From: Octopus sinensis
Lineage: Eukaryota
Direction: 5' to 3'
Assembly (NCBI RefSeq): GCF_006345805.1
Contig: NC_042998.1
Location: forward strand, 167,648,001-167,712,000
Length of the DNA stretch: 64,000 nt
The position numbers were made by a program, and so were the translations under genes. The notes beneath the pieces were generated by a model that was not told the origin of the DNA, searched no databases, and worked only from the letters and a program-made list of their open reading frames with translations. This document shows, piece after piece, positions 1 to 13,840 of this stretch. Numbering within the stretch: position 1 is the stretch's first letter; every line of letters begins with the position of its first letter.

Positions 1-1480
1 TCTATCTATCTAGCTAATGTGTGTATGTACGCGTGCTTCTGCGTGCAACAGAAAATGGCAGTAGGATTTAATAATGGTTTCAAGTTTTGGCACAAGGCCA
101 GCAATTTAGGGGGAGAGGGTAAGTCGATTTTATCGACCCCATTGCTCAACTGATACTTATTCCATTGACCCCCAAAAGAGTTAAAGGCAGAATTTACCCC
201 GGCGGTATTTGAACTCAGAGCATAAAGACGGGCGAAATGTCGCTGAGCATTTTACCCGGAGCACTAATGATTCTGCCAGCTCGCTGCTTAACAGTAAGAT
301 TTAATAATAGTAATCGAATTATGGTGGAGGCACGTGGCCTAGTGGTTAGAACAGCGAACTCACGGTCGAGGAATCGCGAGTTCGAATCTCAGACCGGGCG
401 ATTGTGTGTTTATGAGCGAAAAACCTAAGCTCCGGCAGAAGGTAATGGCGAACTTCTGCTGATTCTCTCGCCACAACTTTCTCTCACTCTTTCCTCCTGC
501 ATCTTGCAGCTCACCTGCGACGGATCGGCGTCCCGTCTAGGTGGGGAACGTATTCGCCAAGGAAACCGGAAAACCGGCTCTGTGAGCCAGGCATCAACAA
601 TCGAATTATGATGGTATAAGTTTTATGAAGGGTCATCATTGAGATTACACTTTGAGTGGATTAAAAAGAACCCAACGTAATGTATCACAAACAAGAGCGG
701 CAGAAAAAGTATCTAGACTACGATGGTGTGATAATAAATATCAGTTATGTAAAGTTTTTTGAATTCAGACATTTGTTATCGGATGTTGTTCACCAAGGGA
801 GAACACCAAGTATCGTTCTTTAAATAAAAGGCACATCTGACATAAACGCCACTTTTAATGTCAGGTAAGGAGAAGCTATCTCTGCCTCAGAACAAAATAT
901 TAACTAAAATGTTATCAATATTCGGAAAGAGGATGTCGAGCTGGCAGAATCACAAGCAAGCCGGGCAAAATGCTTAGCGACATTTCGTCAGTCTTTATGA
1001 TCTGAGTTGAAATTCCACCGAGGTCGACTTTGCTTTCATCCTTTAGGGGTCTATAAAATAAGTACCAGTTGAGTACTGGGGTGAATGTATTCGACTTATC
1101 TCCTCTCCCGAACTTGTTGGTCTTGTGCCAAAATTTGAAACCAATATGTATTGGCGAAAATTATTACATGATCAAAATACGACGATTATTGTTCAAACTT
1201 GCTAGATTGGTGCGGCCAGTATTGCTCTTGTACAGTTTGTATGTTGACAGCTGTAGGAAAAACATTGGCATAAAGCAACAGTAAAAGGTTGCAATGTGTC
1301 GAAGAAGGACTGTAATGGTGTGTGGTGGAATTGAGGTGGACACATTATTAACAAATTTTCCGGCATACACGTCGAGATTTTCGGCTTAAAATTTAAAAAG
1401 CGAGGTCGACTTATACACTAAGACAACATCATAAGATTATAGACTTGGAAAAGATAGTGACGATGTTTAAATATTTACAA

Positions 1481-1865
1481 CTAGCAGTATCGCCCGGCGT
1501 TGCTCGGGTTTGTAAGGGAAATAACTATAAAGCATTTTTAGAGAGTTATAGCCAAAAAATAGCAAAAAAATGGAAAAAAAATTATGGTAAATTTTTTTTT
1601 GAGAGTTAAAAAGGTCGAGTTGCGTCCCCTAGACAGTCTGTGGTTTGTGTTTCTGATTCTCAACCCCATGTCGAATTTATCGATTTTTTTCAGAACTGGG
1701 GGAACTTTTCAAAATTTTCGCTGCGTTAGTTTTGAATTATGACATTGGGCTATGTGTGTGTCAAGTTTCATCAGAATCAGTTGAAAGCAGTGGTCAGGGT
1801 GAGGGTACAACATAACAGACACACAGACACGCAGACTGACAAACTGCCGTTTATATATAGAGAGA
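1481..1865 (-). mobile_element. Non-autonomous Helitron sharing the 3' end but with a different 5' body
   Basis: 1481-1600 matches the CTAG/hairpin end of the other copies. 1600-1865 differs but ends in A|TCTCTCTATATAT. Confidence 0.8.
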
Positions 1866-2899
1866 TACATGTTTACGCTATATGCTACGTCTACTTGTAT
1901 ACCGGAAAATACGGTACTAACGAAAGAGAGACGATTGAACCGGGGGTGCCCGAAAGAAAAAAAAAACGCGTTAAGAGGACCCCAAGAAACAGAAATGAAT
2001 CTTTTAAAGCAAACCTATTTGTTATACAATTGAGAAAGTAGGAAACCCTTTACAAAAAACTTTTTGCATTTTCAAAGACTTTGTATATTTCAATAGTATC
2101 AGAAATAGGATTGGTTTCAAGGATCCAATTCAACTGTTTATGTGTGTGTGTATGGATATGTACATACATGTACATACGTATACACACATACATATATACG
2201 TATACACATACATACATATCTAATATTCTAATAATATATGTATATATATAGAAATATATTTGTTTTTGTGACCCCCTTCGGTCATGAATGACCATGGGAT
2301 TGCTCCTAGAAAGTTACCCTCCGAGACAAGGTTGTTTATGGAAGATCAGCAGTCGCCCATGCATACCAGCCTCCCCTCTCTACGCCACCGATGTTATCCA
2401 AGGGAAAGGCAAAGGCCGATACAGCTTGGCACCTGTGACGTCGCAGCTCATTTATTAATAAGCAAGTGGCTGAGCACTCCACAGATACGTGGACCCTTAA
2501 CGTAATTCTCGGGATGATTCAGCGTGACACAGAGTATGACAAAGCTGGCCCTTTGAAATACGGGTACAACAGAAACAGGAAGAAAGGGTGAGAGAAAGTT
2601 GTGGTGAAAGAGTAAGCACCTTCTGTCAGAGCCTCATGGAGCTTTAGGTGTTTTCGCTCAATAAACGCTCACAATGCCCGGTCTGGGAATCGAAACTGCG
2701 CCTCCACATAGAAATAATATATATGTATATATATATATATGTATATATGCATATATATATATGCATATATATATAGGCATATATATATATATATATGTAT
2801 ATATGTATTTGTATATATATATGTGCATATATATGTGTATATGTATATATGTGTATATATATGTATGTGCGTATATATATATATATATGCACATTATAC

Positions 2900-2931
<32 letters not shown>

Positions 2932-3044
2932 GTATATGTGTATACATGTATATATGTATATACATGTGTATATGTATATACATGTGTATATATGTGTGTA
3001 TATATACATATGTATATGTGTATATATGTATATACATATGTGTA

Positions 3045-3104
<60 letters not shown>

Positions 3105-3287
3105 CTTTACTACCCACAAGGGGCTAAACACAGAGGGGACAAACAAGGACAGACAGACGGATTAAGTCGATTAAATCGACTCCAGTGCGTAACTGGTATT
3201 TAATTTATCGACCTCGAAAGGATGAAAGGCAAAGTCGACCTCGGCGGAGTTTGAACTCAGAACGTAACGGCAGATGAAATACGGCTA

Positions 3288-3334
<47 letters not shown>

Positions 3335-3719
3335 TAGCACGTACATACACATATATAAAAGGACATATAAAAGTACATGATTTATGGATATGTATACAGT
3401 ATATATTACATGGTAAATCCGTATGTACACAAACATATTCTCGTGTTAGCTTGTATGTATACATCATAGTTTAAGATTACGGGACATCAGGCGGATATAA
3501 AAGGATCTAACAGGCATCAATCAATATCCATTACAACATACCTAATTACAGCCACCGCTGAGATATCCTCCGTTCAGAGAGAGACACAGAAATAAGAAAG
3601 GTTTGAACACAAGGACAAATACAGTGCACACGTATGTGTGTGTTAATAATGAAAGAAACGAAATGAATGAACGAATAAATAAATAAATCCGTACATTCTA
3701 AACTAGTGTCAACGACCAA

Positions 3720-3738
3720 ATGGCGCCGACCAACATAT
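3720..3738 (+). CDS. Candidate first coding exon (MAPTNI, phase 1)
   Basis: caaATGGCG start context in non-repetitive, CpG-containing DNA, followed by donor |gtaagc. Confidence 0.25.
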
Positions 3739-5251
3739 GTAAGCACTTAACGAAGACATCTATATAAAACTGCGTGTAGACCACGGGACCGGCCTACCAT
3801 GTGTGTCAAGACGTGACAGCAGTGATTAATTTGCATACACCGTGTCACTTTGTTAGGCATATGTTTCAAGGTTTTTTTTTTTTTAAATCTTACTTTGTCA
3901 TCTTCATGGCACGATTTAGCACACAAGTTGAGAAACTTCTGCAAGGACAAATTTAGAAATATATTTGTTAATATCGCCCGGTGTTAATAGCAAACTACCC
4001 TTTTCCTTTGGTTGTCGTTGTTTTGACGCCTGTTCTAAAGTTGCTACTACTGCTAGTGCTGCTGTTGATGACGACGACGACAGGACGCCTTCATCATTAT
4101 TTTCTCGTTAATAATGGGAACACTGCTGTTTCTTTTGCTAATGATGTTACGAAGTGTTTTTAATGAGATGCTACTGCTGCTACAAGTGGTTGAAAATTGT
4201 ATCAAATCTTATTAATATTTTGAAATAACTGATGTGTCAGCTGGGTTCTCCTTAAATAAAACCACACTGTATACACCATTCTTCTCCATATAAACGAATT
4301 CTTCCACTTATCCACATCTTAGGACTAAAATCGTGGAGTACTTTTTCACCAAAACTTCAATCTTACAGGCTACCTAATAAAATATTACACTATCGCTGCA
4401 TCGCGGAGACTACTTCTGCATCACAGGTAGAACTATAGGCACAAGAGCAGAACTTTTGAGGTGGGGTATCTACTCGATTACATCAACTTCAGCACTTAAT
4501 TGGTAGTTATTTTATCGACCCAGAAAGAATAAAAGGCAAAGTCGACTGCGGCGGAATTTGATCTCAGAATGTAAAGCCGGAAGAAATGCAGCTAAGCATT
4601 TTTGTCTGGCGCGGAACGATTCAGCCAGGCCTTCCGCCGCCTTTACAGGTTCCAATTTTGGCACAAGGCCAGGAGGAGAGGGGATACTCGCAAACATCGA
4701 CCCCAATTCTTGACTGTACATTTTATTTTCGGCTCCGAAAGGATGAAAGGCAAAGTTGACCTTGGCATGAGTTTAACGAGGTTTGGCAGCAAAACTTAAG
4801 CTCGAAGAAATACCGCGAAGCAGGTTGTCTGTCGCGCAAATGATTCAGCCAGCTCGCTGCCATATGTAGCACTGATAGTTAACAGCAGTTTCACACCCGA
4901 TGTCAATCAGTCCTATATGTATTATAGCACTTCCAAGGTCTCTGATGTAATTCTTTGACAAAGTTATTTGACACGGTCTTAGCTTTTATTATTTAACCCA
5001 TTTTCAAATTATCTTTGTTTAGTACAGCCGTTCACGGAGACGTTTAAAAATGCAATCATAGCTAACACCATTTCATTGTACAAATGTCTTCGTTACATTA
5101 TAACCCTGCCTAACAACTTCAGTTTTCATTACTATAAACGTTCTTTAATTATAATAGTGTTAAAGATTAGACATGTCACGCACTCATCTAGAAGTTAACA
5201 AATATATATTTGTTACACGACTCCAACGATAAGAAACTGTCGTTAGGAATA

Positions 5252-6742
5252 TTGGGGTGGCCAAAAATTTCGCTGGGAAAATTTTTAAGGGAAAGTATAA
5301 CACAAAGTTTTAAACAAAAAACTATTTATTTAATCAATAATATAATTGTCGTTTAGTTTCAGTACCTTTTGTCATCTTGTGGGCAAATCCATTATTCTCT
5401 GCTTATAGAATTTCCTGTCGTTAATGGCGAAAAACTCTTTCAGCTGAATTTTTACATCCTCTTCAGTGCTGAGGGTTTGCCATTCAGTGAATTTTGAAGA
5501 AGTCAAAACAGATGGAAATCTGGAAGCACAAGGTTGGGCGAATAAGGAGGGTGAGGTAAAACTTTCATGTCAAGACCCAGTAACATCTGCAAAGATGCGT
5601 GTGGTCTGGGGCATTGTCGCGATAAAAGACAATACCCTTACGATTAGTAAGTGTTAGACGCTTCTGGTGGATCACTGTATTTAATTTCTTCAGCTGGTCA
5701 CATCCAAAGTAATGCTCTTGTTCGTAGGAGGAAGTTCGTAAGAGACAACCATCTTTAGATAAAGTCCTCTTTTTGGAGGTTGTTTCTGTTGGATCACTGC
5801 ACTTTCCCACGATCGTATGCCCTTCACATTGTTATAGACGATCCAATTTTCGTCCCCTATCACCATGCATTTGCAACAAATCATCCCCGGTCTTCACACA
5901 TTTGCAACAAATCGCAGCTGAACATTAGCTGGGCCAGATTCTTCGCATTCCACTGATGTGAAACCCAGAGCCTGCTGACGGAAAAAGTTGATGCAAATGA
6001 TTTTCAACACTCGATTTGGATATTTGGAGAATATCTACTAACGTCCTGGTCGTATAACGGGTGTTGGTCAAGACTAACTCGTTCATTTTGCTGCTGTTGA
6101 GTTGTCCGGCCAGAGCAAGGTACATTTTGAACTGAAAAATCTCCTGATCAAAATCTTAAAAACCACTTCTGACACGCATTTTCTGTAACAGCATTCTCTC
6201 TGTACACAGCACATATTTTCGTTCAGGTTACTGCTTCTTTCTGGGTTTTTTAAAATAAAAAAAAGCATATGTCGACAATATTCATTTTGTTTCTCCATAT
6301 TCGGGGCGATCTAGAACATGCAAAATACAACCTGTCGCATTGCAGGTTTGCATCTAACTACGTTAGTGCATCAGGTATCTAATATGTATGCATGCCGTAT
6401 GCTTGCTTTGATTCATGATCTAACTTGATGGAGCTGGGGTTATCCCAGGTTAGTGGTCCCAGAAACATCATCATGCGTAGAGCCGACCAGGTCCCCAGTA
6501 CTCTCCATTGCTGGCGAGCCCGTACCAGCCTCTCTGCATCCTCCAAGGTAACGACGAGCCTCTTGAGATCTTCCTTAATCACGTTTAGCTATCTGGTATG
6601 GGGCCTGCCATGAGACCTCTTCCAACTCACAATTGCTGTGCGGAATGAGAGTAAAACCCTGGTAAGATGACCTAACGGAGACGGAGGATATGTGTATGCA
6701 TGCACAAAGGGAAAAAACGGACGAACTTTTTGGCTAACCCAA
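5252..6742 (-). mobile_element. Mariner (DD34D-type) transposon relic with TIRs and TA TSD, interrupted by an RTE fragment
   Basis: TIRs ttggggtggccaaaaatttcg and cgaactttttggctaacccaa, flanked by TA at 5250-5251 and 6743-6744. Transposase pieces include VIGDENWIVYNNVKGIRSW, YELPP and YRDNAPDHT. Confidence 0.9.
6385..6690 (-). mobile_element. RTE LINE 3' fragment nested in the mariner
   Basis: Reads WKRSHGRPHTR*LNVIKEDL..DAERLVRARQQWR, the C-terminal motif of RTE ORF2. Confidence 0.7.
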
Positions 6743-6924
6743 TATTTATTCCGATGCTCTAATGAATCTGCCAGCTAGCAATAATTGAAATTATCAAACC
6801 TGCGTAAATTTATTATAAATATGAATAGATAAAAACATGAATTTAATTAACTTTATTTTGTTATCTAATATGATTTTATGCTTTGGATAACAAAACTGCT
6901 TGATAGTACTGGTCACCAGTCATG

Positions 6925-8110
6925 GGTTTTACAAGATTATAGGCTTTGGTCAGCTAACTTAGTTCAATATTTTGATTTCATTAAATTCATTTGCAAAAAG
7001 ATTTGTTCGCGCAAATAGGGGGATCTGAACTAAATAAAATGCTGATTGCGTTAATGGTTATCACGAATTGACTTCCAAGCATCATATATAGTTTGTCTGA
7101 CTTTGGAATCATTTCAATTTGGTTTCATTTATGTTATGACTTTTGGAAAGTCTGGCCTTCTGACAGTTGACTTCTTACAGTAAGTTCTTTCCGTATAATT
7201 ATAAATTTTAATATCTCGAATTCTTCATCAGTTATATCGCCTCTTTTTTGCTAAAAATCAGGCTGAATTATCCATGGAAATATAGATGGATTTCTTGGAG
7301 ATATTTCAGAGTCAAAGAACGCTGTAGAATACTCTAAAATAGATTCTTGTTTTTGAAAATCAGCAAATCTTTTACTGAATTATTTTGCATGTTTATCCTG
7401 TAAATGAGTTTTATCGATATTCTTTCGTTGTAGTTTTGAAGTGACGAACATGTTAGTTTACCATTCACGATGTCACTCTTTTAAATATTTTTTATTTGCA
7501 CACAAATGCCAAAACCTCATCTAACAACTGCAGAATTGTGTTTCTTTTCTCTTCAAGAATTTTACTATGCAAGTTTAAATGACATTATAACTACCATAAG
7601 ATATATCTTTTCCAATCAATCAGGATCTCCCAGATCATGGTGCGCAATTAATGTCCTTGATTTGCAGTTCAATGATATTTGATAATGTATCAAAGCTCTA
7701 TCTTTGATTTTCCTTGTCAGAGAGAAAAATTGCTTTCATTTTTACTAATTACATCACTTTTGTTGTTAATGTCAAAAAATAACGCTCAGCAATATTTAAG
7801 AACTTATCTTTCATGTATTCTGCATTGATAAAAGGTTTTCCGATTTATAATTACAATAACAATAGCAAGAATAGTTACTTGTTTTCTTCTGCAGTTAGAG
7901 AATCTGTTTTTTACGCTCTCCAACCAAATGGATACTTTTCAACAAAAGTGGACTGTTTATTAATAAAATGTTTTAGGTCTCCCTTTTAAGTATTGGCAAA
8001 TTTTTTATAATATATATTTTACAATGAGAAGTCAACTGAGACTTCTACGAAAGTTATGTGTCTAATCAAGCGTTGTCGAAATACCTCTTTCCATCGCCAA
8101 TCTTTCTTTT
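6925..8110 (-). pseudogene. hAT (Charlie/SPIN-like) transposase relic, internally deleted
   Basis: Fragments GKPFINAEYMKDKFLNIAE, FDINNKSDVI, LLDEVLAF..DIVNGKL, DAWKSI and the dimerisation-domain piece MNLMKSKY*TKLADQSL*SC. Confidence 0.75.
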
Positions 8111-9213
8111 TACGCGTCCAACATAATCACTCCATCACATCACACCAAATCCATATAGGTCATGATAAAGCCATTATAAAACTTTTACAAAACTTACATG
8201 ATAGCGAGGGACAAGACAAAAACAAAACACGAATAAAGCCCACTACGAGCCTTAGACGAGTGATTCTCAAACTGACAAATAACAGCACCGCTAACAAAAC
8301 AGGAAAATATTTTTGCCCCTCTTTATTAATGCAAGTTTAAGTGACATATTATAGAGTTTGCATGTATGTGTTTTTCACTGTTCCTTTTTTCACTATGGTA
8401 TCGGGCAGTTAAAACAATTAAAAACCATATGAATGCTATTGAACATCACAAGTTTTAATCTTCATAATTATCACGGGGTCTGCTAGCCACAGAAAAAAAA
8501 TGCAATAAATCAAATTTTAATAATTATCTCGAGTGCACTGAAAATAACAAGCAGTAACTAGAAATTCGCGTTCGTCAGGTGAGTTTAGAGACTGAGTTTG
8601 GTGTCTAAGAATTAATGTATTATAAACAAAATTTTCACACAATCTCTATTCATGATAATAAAATTATTATTTTTTGAATAACAATGCTTCTGTTTTCCAT
8701 TTTTCATTAGAAAATTATTTAATTAAAATATTATGAAAATGAAATGAATCTAAAACGGCCCCTCCCCAGCAAAGAAATTTCGAGTGAAAATTAATCATCA
8801 AAGTCTTTGAGAATAATTTAAATCTGTTATTTCTCAGACGAGAAAAATAATTTGATTAAAACGTATGAAAACGGAAAAAATATATCACATAAAAATCAAT
8901 AAAAAACGCAATTTTTGGGTGTTGGTGATGTTTTCTTTAAACGTGAGTTAAACTGACTTCGCTCCATGTGAGTTTTGTTGTATTGCATTGTTAATTTGCT
9001 GAATTGCTAAAACCGTTATTAAATGGAATTGTTGCAATTGCTGTTGTTAACTGGCTGTTATGTTTTTCTTCCCCATTTATGGGTTAAATTAGGAATAATA
9101 CTGTCATGGAAGGTAAACCAACGGGAAGTTACACTGCGGTGACCGGTAAAGGCCAGTCAGTGGCGGTACTGCAGGTCCATGAAATAGAACTAAAAGAGAA
9201 GAATTATAAAAAA

Positions 9214-9611
9214 CTAGCAGTATCACCCGGCGTTGCTCTGGTTTGTAAGGGAAATAACTATATATGCATTTTTAGAGAGTTATAGCCAAAAAATAGCAAA
9301 AAAATGCATTAAAAATGGAAAAAAATGATGGTAAATTGTTTTTTAAATCGTTGACTCATCGTAGACATTTTTAGAGAGTTACTTCCCTTAATATAATAGC
9401 GAAGAAATGCATTAAAATGGAAAAAAATGATCGTAAATTTTTTTTTAAATCGTAGACTCATCGTAGACGCGCGCTAATACCCAGAAGGGCTCGATATGAA
9501 TCACGATTATAAGATACCCGGTTTTGGTTAAACTGCACCCCAAAATGTGGGAGTAGTTAGGAATCTAAATCGTAGGAGACAGACACACAACTTCACATTT
9601 ATATATAAAGA
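9214..9611 (-). mobile_element. Non-autonomous Helitron, same family as 54534-54930
   Basis: Near-identical reverse complement with TC...CTAG termini at an AT site. Confidence 0.9.
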
Positions 9612-9790
9612 TTTAACGGTTTGCTGAAGGAGGGAGACAGTCTGAGGTTGACGCCTCCTAAAGAAATGCTGGAAAAACGGGGAAAAGAACGATAATTTAC
9701 AGAACGTTAAATATAACAACAAAAAAGTGGAAAAAACAGCGGAGGAAAAGATAGAAGAATGTCGACGAGACATAAAAGTCATTACTATTA

Positions 9791-10080
9791 ATATCCAGTA
9801 CCGCTGCTGTAGTCTCCTTTAAAAAGTTTAGAAATTTTAATATTTCTATTTTTGAAAACCAGTGGATGTTTTCCAGTGAATTTAGGTAAATAATCCTTCG
9901 AACAGACGGCCAGCAGCGACGCCTGCTGGGTTCGGCTACTCCACATTGATAAGGGGAAAACTAGTCTGTGGTTGCCAGACCAGCAAGGGGAAGCTGCTGA
10001 CCTCCCCTGTTCGAAGGTTATAATAGGTGCCGTAGTCTCCTTTAGAGAGATTTAGAAATATCAATATTTCTATTATTATC
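9791..10080 (+). mobile_element. Diverged copy of the family-1 pLTR/retrozyme repeat with a hammerhead relic at 9941-9971
   Basis: Collinear with the 27-kb monomer. It reads CCACA-UUGAUAA-GGGG-[3' half of helix II lost]-AAA-ACUAGU-C/UGUGG, with a partial tandem repeat (gtagtctcc at 9809 and 10032). Confidence 0.7.
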
Positions 10081-11427
10081 CGTTGACCATTAATCTAACT
10101 TAATACAAGAAATGTGACATATTGTTAGAAATGAAATCTAGAGTTTGTTTGACGACTCTTCTTATTTTCTGATTTCTTTTTATTATTATGTAGTAGAGCT
10201 GCAATCTATTTACTCAGTGACTGTCTCGTTCCCTGCTTTATTGCTTAAATATATGGTGCAAAAAATGAACGGCTTGTATATCAGTAAAATCTGTTGGATA
10301 CATCAAGAAGTAAGAGAAAAAACTAAATAAATATAAGCAATACACTGAAAAACATTGCAGCCCACCACCGTCACAAATTTTATGCTGTGTGAATTAAAAT
10401 TAGTATATGAAACAGAGTAATTAATTTTTATGAGTATATAAATATTGTTCAATTTACTGCTGAACACTACTCGATATTAGTCGCGCAGAAAGGCAACGAG
10501 CTGGCAGATTCGTTAGCGTGCTGGGCAAAATGCGTAACAGTATTTCGTCCGTCTCTAAGTGCTGAGTTCAAATTTTACCGAGGTCGACTTTGCCATTCAT
10601 CCTTTCGGAGTCGATAAAATAAGTCCAAGTTGAATCCTGGGGTCAGTGCAATCGACTTACCCACTCCCCAGAAGTTGTTGGCTTTGTACCAAAATCTGAA
10701 ACCAATATTAGCTAATCCTAATGTTTTCCTAATCGCCGTGTTATAGTAACTGTTGTTATTCCTGAAGCTGAAATTTATAAATAATTCAAGGCACATATAC
10801 ATATACATACATGACTCTACAGTTGAGAAGCTCGCTTCCCGACCGTGCGGTCTTGGGTTCAGTTCTACTGTGCAGCAGCTTGAGCACCTGCGTTCTACCG
10901 TAGCCTGGAGCCGACCCATGCGTTCTGAGTGAATTTGACAAAAACTGAAAAAATTCCCTCATATATATAACTTCTGCGCCCAAATCAGTAAGTTCTACGA
11001 ATCATACTTTTTGACAGAGGACACCTCAAAAATGACCGCCAGACGCTGAACGAAAATAAATAAATTGCGACCAAGATCTATAATAGGAGTCCGAGTTATT
11101 GGCTGCAGTTACATACTTGAAGTCAGTGTTGACAGAAATGAAATCGAGTTGAAAATACACGTTCAATTTATTAAATTTATACTCGGACTAAGCCCGACCA
11201 GCCCGAGTGACGGAGTCGCCACTGACATATATATATAAAGTTAATCCAAACAAGAAAGCACAAAAAGACACAACAACGCGAGGACGTGGAACAAATATAG
11301 TATTATTGGACGCTCAGGAAAGAAGGAGGGTTTAACGTTTCGAGCGGAGCTCTTCGTCGGAAACATAGGAGAAGGGAAGACAGAGGGGAAAAAAATCGCC
11401 AACGGTACATGCGCGGTGACATTTTGA

Positions 11428-11466
<39 letters not shown>

Positions 11467-11747
11467 CACACTTATAAATATATATAAGCATACACGTACC
11501 TACACACACACACACACATATCAGTAGTGTTTCAGGTGCATAAACGCTGCACATGTTGCAAAAATATAAATAACAAATATAATTTTAATATAAAAACTTT
11601 CATTTTTATATGAGACAGCTGCAAAGTGGGTGCATGTATGTTAAATGTACTGTAGTTCAAATATGTCTTGCCTTTTTTTGTTTCAAAATGGCACACTGGC
11701 TAAAATGCCAGGTGTTGTCCAATATATATGCGTGCACGTATGCATAT

Positions 11748-11797
11748 GTATCTATCTATCTATCTATCTATCATCTATCTATCTATCTATCTATCTA

Positions 11798-11854
<57 letters not shown>

Positions 11855-11933
11855 TTATTTGTCTGTCTGTCTGTCTATCTATCTATTTGTCTGTCTGTCT
11901 GTCTATATATCTATTTGTCTGTCTGTCTATCTA

Positions 11934-11970
<37 letters not shown>

Positions 11971-12138
11971 TTGTCTGTCTGTCTATCTATCTATTTGTCT
12001 GTCTGTCTATCTATCTATTTGTCTGTCTGTCTGTCTATCTATCTGTCTGTCTATCTTTCTATCTGCCTGTCTCTCTGTCTATATTTTTATCTGTCTGTCT
12101 GTCTGTCTTTCTATCTGTCTGTCTTCTATCTATCTATC

Positions 12139-12212
<74 letters not shown>

Positions 12213-12231
12213 TATTATATATATATATATA
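11748..12231. repeat. Compound (TATC)n/(TGTC)n/(TA)n microsatellite
   Basis: Read directly; it accounts for ORFs 11610-12291. Confidence 0.95.
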
Positions 12232-12784
12232 AATCCATCCATATATGCATATGTATGTAAATATAAAATTATGAAGAAAGATTACAAATGAGTTGAGGTT
12301 TTCTTTAATTGCTGCTGTTTTAGACGTGCTTTTTATTGGATAAATCGATTACATTATGGAAAACAAGCGTTTTCTTCAGTTGAATTAAAGCTTAAAAATT
12401 CATACCAATGTATGTTGACCCTCTCATTTTGGCAATAAACTTGCCAATCTTCATGATATTTCATGTTCAGATGCATTTTGTTAAATTCATTCAGTTGTTA
12501 AAACATAAATAAATTTTGATTTTGATTTAGTGTCAGGTGATTTTTTGGACAACCCTGCATATGTATATATATATATATATTTATATATACGACAGGCTTC
12601 TTTCAGTTTCCGTCTATTAAATCTATTCACATGGGTTTGTTCGGCCCGAGGCTACAGTGGAAAAAATTTGCTCAAGGTGTCATGCAGTGAGACTGAACCT
12701 GGAACGATGTGGTAATTTTATTATATATATTTGAGTTCAACACCTCCATTAGGTTTGATAATATAAGTATGAATGAATATCAAC

Positions 12785-13198
12785 GAGTGGCTGTGTGGTA
12801 AGTAGCTTGCTAACCAGCCACATGGTTCCGGGTTCAGTCCCACTGCGTGGCACTTGGGCAAGTGTCTTCTACTATAGCCTCGGGCCGACCAAAGCCTTGT
12901 GAGTGGATTTGGTAGACGGAAACTGAAAGAAGCCTGTCGTATATATGTATATATATATATATATATGTATGTGTGTTTGTTTGTGTGTCTGTGTTTGTCC
13001 CCCTAGCATTGCTTGACAACCGATGCTGGTGTGTTTACGTCCCCGTCACTTAGCGGTTCGGCAAAAGAGACCGATAGAATAAGTACTGAGCTTACAAAGA
13101 ATAAGTCCCGGGGTCGATTTGCTCGACTAAAGGCGGTGCTCCAGCATGGCCGCAGTCAAATGACTGAAACAAGTAAAAGAGTAAAAGAGTAAAAGAGA
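12785..13198 (+). mobile_element. tRNA-headed CORE-type SINE (octopus OR2-like), full length
   Basis: A/B-box-like head, MIR-core-like ggcacttgggcaagtgtcttc, internal microsatellite and (GTAAAAGA)n tail. Other copies at 39104-39516 (+), 50321-50724 (-), 63460-63850 (-) and 63872-64000 (-), plus partial copies at about 10840, 12560, 44270, 49610, 52432 and 54075. Confidence 0.8.
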
Positions 13199-13335
13199 GA
13201 GTATCAGTATTGTCAAGTTATTAATTGCAGATAAACAATAATAAATTTATGCAACTTCTATTTCAGTGACTTTTGATGGTTATCAAGACAAAGTCCATCT
13301 TGGTCAGGTAACAGCCTATCGTTAACTCTCTAGAA

Positions 13336-13840
13336 CAGGGTTCGCCAAAGGAGTCCGAGGGACCCTTAGGGGTCGGCGAGGAATTACAGGGGATCGATAA
13401 CACCTAAAATGGTCGAATGGGAGTCGGTGTGCGAAAGACCAGCTCACACAGATGAACTGCTTGAAATACTTAGCGCCATGAAACGTGAGAAAACACAAGT
13501 TTTCACTGTAGCGAGAAGTCTGCTGCTGCTAACGTTCGAGGCCTAATGTCGTAATCTGTATCGAAATCGAAGACTGAGATGCGTGATTAAGAGAATGTGA
13601 AATGTCAAGTGTTTGCTTATGGAAATGACCAGGCCTGCTGGGGGAGATAAGATATTAAATACATCTGTCATAAACGTTATTGCCAGCATCAGCACCCGGT
13701 ATGGTACGGTGGGGTAGGGTATTAAGGTATTTTAAATGAAGAGGGTGGTCGATGTGGAAGGAGAAGTGGCTAAAGGGAGTCTATGCGGAAGGAGAAGAGG
13801 CTAAACGGGGTCGATGGTCGAAAAAGTTCGGCAACCTCTG
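13336..13840. mobile_element. hAT-Charlie-like MITE
   Basis: Termini CAGGGTTCGCCAA and TTCGGCAACCTCTG. The 8-bp flanks ctctagaa and ttctagac match the NTCTAGAN target consensus. Confidence 0.8.

Noticed and set aside
325-400. tRNA-like sequences (also 18150-18228 and the SINE heads)
   Set aside because: They have A/B boxes but continue directly into SINE bodies and lack a complete cloverleaf, so they are SINE heads.
3760-3836. TATATAAAA and octamer ATTTGCAT as a promoter call
   Set aside because: Short motifs are expected by chance in AT-rich DNA, and they lie downstream of the candidate ATG exon.
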